A stretch of 58,483 nucleotides of DNA, taken from the NCBI GenBank assembly GCA_009924095.1, contig RFSG01000003.1:1-58483 (forward strand), read 5' to 3'. The stretch is from Sphingobacteriia bacterium (GTDB taxonomy: Bacteria > Bacteroidota > Bacteroidia > J057 > RFSG01). The translations under genes and the position numbers were made by a program. Shown here piece after piece: positions 26,265-36,200 of this stretch; position 1 is the first letter of the stretch, and every line of letters begins with the position of its first letter. The notes below the pieces were generated by a model that was not told the origin of the DNA, searched no databases, and saw only the letters and a program-made list of their open reading frames with translations.

Positions 26265-28790
26265 CTAAAACCGAACCAATACTCTGGCATTTAACATTCG
26301 GTTTGAAAGGTAATTGGGCACTGCGAATTGGGTGTTATAAATGTCTTTAATCCAAGTATAAGAAACCACATTATTTGTAGCCAAAATATTATAGACTTCT
26401 ATAGAAGCCCAAATAGATTCTACGGATAATTTTTTTCTGCGTTCCTGGCTAGAGCGTAAGGTTAAGAGTTTACTGAATCCGATATCAAATCTTCGATAGG
26501 CAGGAGCATTAAACACATTCCGTTGGTCAACCACTCTGGGAGGGCCAAACGGTAATCCAGTTCCATAAATAACCTGGATATGTGCTTTGAAAGTTGGATT
26601 ATGGGGCATCTCATCCTGGAAGAACATTCCTAACGTGAGCCATTGATTGGAAGGTCGTTGAATATACCCTCTATTATCAAAGGCTAAGTCTTCACGGGTT
26701 CTCAATAGACCCATACTAAACCAAGAATCTACCCCTTTGATAAACTCCCCATTTAATCTGGTATCTAATCCATACGCATATGCTTTGGCTTGATTGGTGG
26801 CATAATACCGAATTCTTACATTGTCAATTTCATAAGGAATTACATTATCTATCTTTTTATAATATGCTTCTACTAGTATCTTAAAAGGCCGTCCCCAGGA
26901 GTTAAATTTATAATCTGCCCCTCCAATAAAATGAAGAGATCGCTGAGCCTTTAATTGAGTGTTTAAATTTCCATTAAAATCTCTCAACTCCCGATAAAAT
27001 GGGGGTTGTTGATACCATCCACTGGCCAATCTAAATTGTAATGGACTAACACTATCCTTCAGATGGGGAGTATATACAAATTGAACTCTTGGGCTTGCCA
27101 ATAATTGATTATTTAAATCCCAATAATTCATTCGGATGCCTGTAACCAATACATGTTGAGGGGATAGTTTCCATTGGGTTTGGGCATATCCTTGATATCT
27201 ATGGCTGCTCACGGAATGGGCAGATTTTATACGATCAATAATTTTAAAATATCCTGCAGAATCTAATCCTACATATTCTTCTAATTGATCGTCTATGTGC
27301 TGATATTGATATCGAAACCCTGCTTGAAGCGTATGTTTAAAATGCCGATCCAAAAACCAAATCGTTTGTTGCTCGGCAGCATACACTGTAGCTGTTAAAT
27401 AATTTCGCCCATGATTGATTTGACCACCGATAGATCTATCAAATACCGATTCACCATAATCTTCAGAAGCGGTATTGGTATTTACATCACTTAAGCGATA
27501 AGCGCCTTCCACATCAAACCGTTCGGCTTCAATGGATCGAAACGTGGAAACGATATATCTTAATTTAAGTCGGTAAGAAGGGCGGTGTTCGGCAATAAAT
27601 GCATTGGTATTGGTTAAATAACTCATCTCCTCTCTCCCATCTTGCGCTACATACAATCGCAATACGGCTTGCAAAGAACCAAAGGTGGTAAAGCGGGAAC
27701 TGGGAAAAAATAAAAATTGATTATATGCCCCCGTAAGGATAGCGGTAAATTTCCAAGGGTCAAGGATGCCGGGCACTTCATACGTTTCGCCTTTTCGGGT
27801 AGTTCGAAATTTTGATGCCCGAGTTTTGATTTTGGGAGTGTAAGAAAACACCGATTGAATATCATAAAAAGAAGGACGATAATCTCCCCGATTGTCGGTT
27901 TTATTTAACAAGCTGGATAGATTAAATCTACGCGCGCCTACTAACCAGGTAAATCTTCCAGGCTGGGTGCTATCTTCTCGATTACGACTTACCCCTTCTA
28001 AATTAAATTGAGTGGTTAGTAACCCTATTTCGGCTGAACCCTGAAATTTCTCAGGGGTATTATAAGTTACCTCCAGCACAGAGGATAGTTTATCCCCATA
28101 TCTTGCCGGAAATCCACCCGCACTAAAGTTCACCTCTTTCACTAAGTTGGCATTGGTAAAGCCAAGCCCTTCCATTTGCCCTGATCTTACCAATTGCGGA
28201 CGATAAATTTCTACCCCATTTACATAAATTAAATTCTCATCAAAATTTCCCCCTCTCACTCTATATTGGGATGAAAATTCATTGTTGATTACTACCCCAG
28301 GTAAAGTAGCCAAGCGGCTTTCTATATCAGACTTAGGCGATGGAATGCGATTTATATCTTTGGGCCGAATCGGGAAGTTTTGAAGAAAAGGTTCTTTGCC
28401 AAAATCGGTGGTATTTTTCTCGTCTCTAATTATCGTTGTCCCTAATAAATATTCTTTTTCAGCAAGAACAAAGGGCAACAAAAGTTTTTGAGCAGGACTA
28501 ATTTCAAACCGTTGAGATTGTTCTAAGTAGGATGATTTTTTAATATTGATTTGCCAGGTACCCGGAGTTAAAAAAGTAGTAGCAATTCCACTAGAATCCG
28601 TAAGTAATAGCTTAGGGAAGATATCCTTTTCATTGGATACCCGGGTTAATTGAATGATTACGGAATCAATCGGATGATTTTGCCGATCCTTAATTTTAAC
28701 TCTAACGAATGCAGATTCTTGCGCATAAAGATTTGAAAGGAAAACACATCCGAACCCAACACTTAGCAGAAAGTGAAGATAGTGCCTCAT
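26265..28790 (-). CDS. TonB-dependent receptor with an N-terminal CarboxypepD_reg-like domain
   Basis: Has a signal peptide (MRHYLHFLLSVGFGCVFLSNLYAQE), a Cna-B/CarboxypepD_reg-like segment, a plug (RVRGGNFDENLIYVNGVEIY), a long beta-barrel, and a C-terminal ...NARVLVRF aromatic terminus. Confidence 0.9.
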   Translation of the reverse strand: MRHYLHFLLSVGFGCVFLSNLYAQESAFVRVKIKDRQNHPIDSVIIQLTRVSNEKDIFPKLLLTDSSGIATTFLTPGTWQINIKKSSYLEQSQRFEISPAQKLLLPFVLAEKEYLLGTTIIRDEKNTTDFGKEPFLQNFPIRPKDINRIPSPKSDIESRLATLPGVVINNEFSSQYRVRGGNFDENLIYVNGVEIYRPQLVRSGQMEGLGFTNANLVKEVNFSAGGFPARYGDKLSSVLEVTYNTPEKFQGSAEIGLLTTQFNLEGVSRNREDSTQPGRFTWLVGARRFNLSSLLNKTDNRGDYRPSFYDIQSVFSYTPKIKTRASKFRTTRKGETYEVPGILDPWKFTAILTGAYNQFLFFPSSRFTTFGSLQAVLRLYVAQDGREEMSYLTNTNAFIAEHRPSYRLKLRYIVSTFRSIEAERFDVEGAYRLSDVNTNTASEDYGESVFDRSIGGQINHGRNYLTATVYAAEQQTIWFLDRHFKHTLQAGFRYQYQHIDDQLEEYVGLDSAGYFKIIDRIKSAHSVSSHRYQGYAQTQWKLSPQHVLVTGIRMNYWDLNNQLLASPRVQFVYTPHLKDSVSPLQFRLASGWYQQPPFYRELRDFNGNLNTQLKAQRSLHFIGGADYKFNSWGRPFKILVEAYYKKIDNVIPYEIDNVRIRYYATNQAKAYAYGLDTRLNGEFIKGVDSWFSMGLLRTREDLAFDNRGYIQRPSNQWLTLGMFFQDEMPHNPTFKAHIQVIYGTGLPFGPPRVVDQRNVFNAPAYRRFDIGFSKLLTLRSSQERRKKLSVESIWASIEVYNILATNNVVSYTWIKDIYNTQFAVPNYLSNRMLNARVLVRF

Positions 28791-29458
28791 GCCTGCAAAA
28801 CAGATTGAGCTTGATCCCAAAGTTGATTGATTTGATGTTCAATATGATCAGCTTGAAAGACCGCATTACCAGCAACCAGACCATGAACCCCAGCTTTTAT
28901 TAGATCTGGCAAGGTTTCAATGCTCACCCCACCATCAATAACAATATGAGTAGATAGGTTTTGGGTATCAATCCATTTTCTTAAATCACGAATTTTTTCA
29001 AAGACATAAGGAATTAAGGATTGGCCCCCAAATCCAGGATTTACGCCCATCACCAATACAATATCTAAATAGGGAAGCACATGTTGTAAGGTTTGAATGG
29101 GCGTAGCAGGATTAAGGGCTACTCCTGCTTTCATACCAGCTTCCTTTATCGCATGAATCGTGCGATCCAAATGAGGACAAGCTTCTTGGTGAATCGTTAA
29201 GTGATCTGCTCCTGCTTTTTTAAAATCCAGAATATACCTTTCTGGGTGTGTAATCATCAAATGCACGTCGAATATTTTTTTTGAATGGGATCTCAAAGAT
29301 TTAATAACGGGCATTCCGAAAGTTATATTGGGAACAAAATGACCATCCATCACATCCAGATGAATCCATTCTGCCCTACTGGATTCAATTTGAACCAATG
29401 CTTCTCCGAGTTTTGAAAAATCGGCAGACAAAAGAGAAGGAGCCAAAATAATCGACAT
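28787..29458 (-). CDS. rpe: Ribulose-phosphate 3-epimerase
   Basis: ILAPSLLSADF, HLDVMDGHFVPN, DVHLM, VMGVNPGFGGQ and VIDGGV motifs are present. Full length is 223 aa. Confidence 0.97.
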   Translation of the reverse strand: MSIILAPSLLSADFSKLGEALVQIESSRAEWIHLDVMDGHFVPNITFGMPVIKSLRSHSKKIFDVHLMITHPERYILDFKKAGADHLTIHQEACPHLDRTIHAIKEAGMKAGVALNPATPIQTLQHVLPYLDIVLVMGVNPGFGGQSLIPYVFEKIRDLRKWIDTQNLSTHIVIDGGVSIETLPDLIKAGVHGLVAGNAVFQADHIEHQINQLWDQAQSVLQA

Positions 29459-29569
29459 GTTACAAAAATACAGGATTACATGGGTTTCTTAGCAGAGTAC
29501 TTAAGATTACCTAAGAGAGAAATGAAATTCTACTGACAATATATTGGCGACCATCTCGTAAATTTGGAT

Positions 29570-30199
29570 ATGCCGAAATTGCAGGACATGTTAGAGGCGG
29601 GGGAAGGTCAGCAATTGGACTTCAAAAAAACGATTGGTGAAGCTTCCAAGATTGCTATGGTTGCATTTGCGAATAGTGAGGGAGGCAAATTATTAATTGG
29701 GGTAAGAGATGATAGAACCATTACCGGCATACGATCGGATGAAGAAATATTTATGTTGGAAACGGCATCTCTAATTCATTGTACACCGCCAATTGTTTTT
29801 TTTACCAAACTTCATCATTATCAAGGGAAAACTGTAGTTGAGGCTTATGTTCCGGAAAGCACGGAAAAACCGCATAAAGCCAAGGATGAAGCCGGCAAAT
29901 GGAAAGTTTTTATTCGGGTAAAAGATGAAGTAAAATTGGCTTCTCCCGAAGCAATTGACTTAATGAAGAAAAAACGGATAGGAAAAGAACAACTATTTAC
30001 CTGTTCCCCACCCGAAATGGAGTTGTTGCGTTCCTTAGAAACGGAGGGATTGGTTTCTGTAATTTCGCACAGCAGAAAAACAGGTATTCCCAGATGGAAA
30101 GTTTCGAAGATGCTGATTAATCTTTGCTTAGCAGGGTTAGCAAAATTACATCATGGACCTGATGGAGATTATTTCACTCCCCTAGAAACATTGCAATAA
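29570..30199 (+). CDS. AlbA_2 (Schlafen-like, divergent AAA_4) domain protein with a C-terminal winged-helix-like region
   Basis: EGQQLDFKKTIGEASKIAMVAFANSEGGKLLIGVRDDRTITGI fits the AlbA_2 signature (E..lEfK ... AfaNt.GG.l.iGv.d). The start is set at ATG 29570. Confidence 0.6.
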   Translation: MPKLQDMLEAGEGQQLDFKKTIGEASKIAMVAFANSEGGKLLIGVRDDRTITGIRSDEEIFMLETASLIHCTPPIVFFTKLHHYQGKTVVEAYVPESTEKPHKAKDEAGKWKVFIRVKDEVKLASPEAIDLMKKKRIGKEQLFTCSPPEMELLRSLETEGLVSVISHSRKTGIPRWKVSKMLINLCLAGLAKLHHGPDGDYFTPLETLQ

Positions 30200-30209
30200 G
30201 GAAACTTAA

Positions 30210-33200
30210 TTATTTTACTAAGGAGATAGAACCGGTAAGATCTCTGGTTCCAGCTTTAACAGTATAGAAATATACCCCTTCTGGAGATACTTGTCCATTT
30301 AGGTCCCTACCATCCCATCCTTGCTGACGACTACGAGTTTCAAATATCTTTACTCCCCAACGATCAAAAATTTGAAAATAAAATTGATCATCGCCAGTAT
30401 AATCAGGATAAAACACATCGTTAACGCCATCCCCATTAGGGGTAAATACATTTGAGATAGAAAGTTCAGCGCGTTTAAGGGTGTAAGGTCCACCAACCGT
30501 TGTAGCTTCGCATCCTCCGTTTGTCCTTATTTTTAAGGTTACTTGATAGGTTCCAGGTTGAGCGTACACATGCGTAGGATCCTTGATGTTACTAGTGTTA
30601 CCATCTCCAAAATCCCAGAACCATTCAGAAGCTCCAGGGGTATTATCCTTGAAGTAAATTTGGCGCTGATCTCCAGTAATTTCAATAGGTGCTGGTGGAT
30701 CAGATAAGAAACTAGCAACCACTTCTTGCCCAGCTTGAATAGTTTCAGCCCAAGTTACAGTGTCCGAACATCCGCCCTGGTTGCGAATAACGAGGGTTAA
30801 GCGATAATCGCCTGCATCCTTAAAGGTGAAGACTGGATCTTTTTCATTGCTTAAGATTTGAGTACCGTTTAATATCCATTGATAAGATATTGCACCGGAA
30901 GACCTATCGTTTGCTTTGATTTCTAAGGGCAAACAACCTGAAGATTGGGATAGATCGAACGCTGCAGTAAGACCCGGATGTACAGTAATATTAAAGGTAT
31001 CAGATTCACTGCATCCTCCTTCAGATGCGGTAAGCACATAAACCGTAGAAACCAATGGTGAGGCAGTGGTATTGAGCTGCAATGGATTGGCTACTCCCAG
31101 AACAGGTGTCCATTGGAAAGTAGGATTTCCAACACCTGCTGAACCTTGAAAATTAACTGCCTGACCCGGACAAATGATAGTGGTATCTACTGAAGACTGA
31201 AGTTTAACGGAAGGAATTACCGTAATCAAAACTGAATCCGTGGTGGTACATCTATCCGGAAGCGTTCCACTGCTGACCGTAAAGTAATAATACTGTGAAA
31301 CCAATGGCTTAGCCATGGGATTAAAAATATCATCTTTGCTGAGATTATTATTAGGAGTCCACTGATAATCATATGGAAGATATCCCCCAGCAAAAGATCC
31401 TTGTAACATAATTGAATCAGCAGTCTCACAAATAACAGTATCAGGCCCTGCATTGGCTTGAGGTACAGGTTTAACGATCAATACAGTAGAGGAAGGGGGC
31501 CCTTGACAACCTTGATTATAGGCATATAGTGTATAAGTGGTAGTAGCAGCCGGACTTCCCATTGGGGTTAGGGAAGTAGAATCACTTAGACCCGTTCCCG
31601 GAACCCATCTGAAATACTGGGCAACTCCTTGTTGAACTTGACCCGACAATTGAATACTATCTCCTCTACAAATATTTTTCTGTTGGCCGGCAGCTACAAT
31701 TGGATATGGAATTACATCCACATAGATGGAATCTGCTAAACTTTCGCATCCTTCAGAGGTAGCTACCACAAAATAAAGGGTTGAACTTGTGGAGGCAACA
31801 TGTGGATTTTGAAGGGTACGATCATCCATAAACTGAATAGGACTCCACTCCCAAGTGTATAAAGGCCCTGCCCCAAATACAGTTCCTAACAAAGATGCTG
31901 AATCTCCTAAACAAATGATGGTATCTCTTCCTGCATTTACAATCGGTAAATCTTTTACAGTAACCAACACTGAACTTTGTGTATTCAGGGTGGTAGAATC
32001 ACTTTTACAACCCGTTTGAATATTGGTTATTACCAAAGTATAGATGGTAGAAACCGTAGGTTGAGCATAGGTGGTTAAACATTGATCACAATACAATCCT
32101 GAATTCGGTGGATACCAATTAACGGTATAACCTCCTTGAGGATTTAAGACATTCCCAATTAAAAAAGCACCGGGTGCATTTTGACAGAAATTTACATCTG
32201 GACCTGCATCAGCAATGGGTAATTGATATACGGTAATTCGCAAGGAATCCATTGAACTTGGACATCCATTCGACCCAAATGCTTGCACATAATACCATCC
32301 TGAAGTATCTGGATTGGCTATTGGGTTTTGTAAATTAACATTGTTAATAGAGCCAGCGGCAATAAACGAACTTTGAGACCAAACATAAGTATAGGGAGCA
32401 TACCCTCCAGTAGCATTAGCGTGGATTTGAATCCCCCCGGAATTAGCACATACAAAGGTATCTGAACTGGCTACAACAGTAGGAGAAAGATCTGTTACCA
32501 ACGTAACACTATCATCAATCACACAACCTCTTGCATCTGTTACCCTTACCGTATAAGAACCAGGAGTTAAATTAAAAGCCCCAGAGGTAGTTTGTACAGG
32601 CAAGGTACTCCAGGCATAGGTATATGGTTGAGTTCCCCCTACGACAAAGGTTGAAGCTTGACCTGTATTCAATAATGGAGTGCAAGCTATCGTGTTATTC
32701 GATGAGGTAACTGCTAATGGTCTGGGTTCCGTTAACCCAAAGGTAGCAGAGCCTTGACATCCATTAAAATCAACAACATTTACCCCATATGTCCCCTGAC
32801 CCAAATTAAAGGCACTATTCAAAGTTTGTATAGGATTGGTTGACCATGAATAGGAATAAGGTAAGGTACCGCCTGTAACCGTAAGGCTAATCACCCCATC
32901 AATAAACCCAAAACAACTAGGATTGGTAATGTTCGGTGTAATGCTAATTGGGGGAGGTTGAGTAACTGAAGTAAAGGTGCTATCCACACATCCATTCGCA
33001 TCCGTAACCACAACTCTGAAAGTTCCAGCGGAGGAAACTAGGATAGAATTAGATACTAATCCTGTTGACCAAACATACTGATTTCCGCCAGATGCAGTTA
33101 AGCCAACTGAACCATTAGGGCAAAGAATGGTAGATCCAGAGGAAGTAATTACAGGTACAGGTAGTGGATTTACGGTTACCAATCCAACTGCTGATGGACT

Positions 33201-36200
33201 TGGACACCCATTTAAGGTATATATAACTGAATAGGTAGTGTTGGATAATGGCCCTATGGTGATATTTTGAGTGACAACTCCGGTACTCCATACAAATCCT
33301 CCACCAGGACTTGAAGGCGTAGCACTTAAAGTTCCAAACGTTCCAATACAAATGGAGATGTTCCCTACACTTACACTTGGAATTTGATAAACTGTTACCC
33401 TAACTGTATTGCTGATAGAATTGGAGCACACTCCTGAAATTGCCAGCCTTCGATAATATGTGGTAGCCACTAAGTTTCCAGATAAATAATCAATATTATT
33501 ACTTACCCCAGTGGCATTTGTCCAAGTGAGGTTGTCATTACTGACTTCCCAGCCATAAGCATAAAATCCAATGCCGCCATTAGGAGTAGAACCGGTAATT
33601 AAATTCGGAGCAGAGCCTTGACAAATAGATTGGTCGACCCCGATGATATTATTCCCGATTCCTTGTTGAACTGTAATAAGAACACTATTGCTGGGCAAAT
33701 TCGGACAAGTTCCACTAGTAACAAGCCTCCTGAAATATAAAAAGCTGGATAAACTTCCACTGGAATAAGTAGCATTGGTTTGACCCGCTAAGTTTGCCCA
33801 AGTTGCATTATCCGTACTGGTTTGCCATTGGAACACATAAGTGCCACTTCCTCCAGAAGGAAGCGTAGCTGTAAAACCTGCGGGAGTAGATCCTGCGCAA
33901 ATCGTTTGAGCAGTTCCAATTGTATTACCGGAAAGGAAGGGTTCTACGGTAATCAAAACACTGCTCGAAGTGTCAGAATTACAAATTCCAGAATTAACTA
34001 ACCTTCGATAATAAAAGGATGAAAATAGAACAGGCGGAGAATAAGATTGATTAGTAGTGATTCCACTAGCAGCTCCCCAAGTAGAATTATCCGTACTACT
34101 TTCCCAACGATAGGTAAAAACACCTGTACCCCCAGAAGGCAAGGATCCTGTTAAAGCGCCCGGTAATTGTCCATTACAAATGGTCTGTGCGGTTCCAATC
34201 AAATTAGAACCTAAAAAGTTATCAGTTTGTATGGTAATTAAATTGGAGGAATGCGGTGAACATAACCCTGTTGTGACCATCCTTCGATAATAAGTAATCA
34301 CCACTAAAGTCCCTGGAGTATATCCAGTATTAGTTTGGTTGGTGATGGCAGTCCAGGAAGAATTATTACTACTACTTTCCCATTGATAGGCATATACCCC
34401 ATTTCCACCTGTCGGGATTACCCCTGTGAATGGGTTCGGTACACCCCCGGCACAAACCGTTTGGTTAGCTCCAATGATATTATTCCCAACGGAGGGTTGT
34501 ACAGATATCGTAACCACACCACTAGTGGAGGCGGTACAAGGAGGTGCACTTACCACCCTTCGGAAATAAGTATTTGAATTAAGTACATACCCGGTTACCC
34601 CTTGCTGTGTTAAGCCACTTGCAGAAGTCCAAGTTATATTATCACTACTGGTTTGCCATTGGTAAGTATAAGCCCCACTTCCTCCACTAGGAACGCTTCC
34701 ACTTAAGGTGGTAAATGTGGTTCCTCCACAAATGGATTGATTAGTACCAATCAAGTTATTCCCGATTAATCCCTGTACTGTAATAATTTGTGAAGCTGTG
34801 GTTGAAGGATTACAAGCCCCAGAAATAACTACTCTTCGGTAATAGGCGTTTTGTGTTAATGGACCAGTTGAATAAGTTGAAGCATTTGCTCCCGTAATAA
34901 ATGTGAATGTGCTGTTATCTGTAGAACTAAGCCATTCATAAGTATACACCCCTGATCCTCCAGATGGAGTGCTTCCACTTAATAATTGAGGGGAAGTTCC
35001 AGAACAAATTATCTGGGAAGGTTGAATGGTATTTAACCCCAGCGCAGGTTGAACAGCAATAGAAATAGAAGTGCTTGTAATACCAGCACAAGCTCCACCA
35101 GTTACAATCCTTCTATAATATGTGTTATTGGTTAAAACAGGAGAGGTTAGATCTTGAAGAATTTCCCCAACTATAGGATTCCAAACTACATTGTTGGTAC
35201 TACTTTCCCATTGATAATTATAGGGACTGGATCCTCCAGTAGGCAAGGCTCCTGTGGTGACTAAAGGAGCAGAACCTGCACAAATCGTGCTGTTATTTCC
35301 AATTAAATTATTGCCTAATAATTGATCCACTTGAACTGTGACTACCGTACTAGTTAAAGGAGAACAAGCACCGGTGTTTACAATACGCCTAAAATAACGT
35401 GTTGCAGTTAATGCACCTGAAGTGTAGTTTTGATTTGTTCCGTTAGGAACAATAGGCCCAAAAGTGATATTGTTCGAACTCGATTGCCATTGATAGGTTA
35501 ATGTGCCTGTTCCTCCAGTAGGCAAAGATCCTGTTAACGTAGCAGGAATTGCTCCTGTACAAATGGTTTGATCATTCCCGATTACATTATTGGCATGAGG
35601 TAGGTCAATGTCAATTTGTATAGTGTTACTGGTTGCAATGCAAGGGGAAGAGGATAATTGTCTGCGATAATAAGTTATCGCTGTAAGACTTCCAGGAGAA
35701 AGTGAACTCAGGATTTCACCCGGTAAGAAGTTCCAAGTATTATTATTTGCACTGCTTTCCCATTGAAAAGCATAACTTCCGGTTCCTCCAGCTGGCCCAG
35801 GACCAGTTAAGTTTGATGGAGAAGCTCCTGTGCAGATGGTTTGGGAAGCAGAGACGTTAAAATTGCTTAATACAGGATAAACTAAAACATATACAGAAGC
35901 AGAAGTGCTTGCAGCACAAGGAGGGGCATTCACAATTCTACGCCAATATGTGCTGGTGGTTAATACCCCCGGTAAATAGCTAATGGTATTTTGACCAATA
36001 TTCACCCAGGTAACATTATTGGTGGATGATTCCCAAGTATAAGTATAAGTACCTGACCCACCCGTTGGCAAGGTTCCGGTTAGCGTTACGGTAGATGTAT
36101 TTGCACAAGTAGTTTGAGCCCCAGTAATACTGTTATTTCCGATTACAGGATTGGTCGTAATACTCATGGAAACACTGGTATTGGCCAAACAGGGGGGAGA

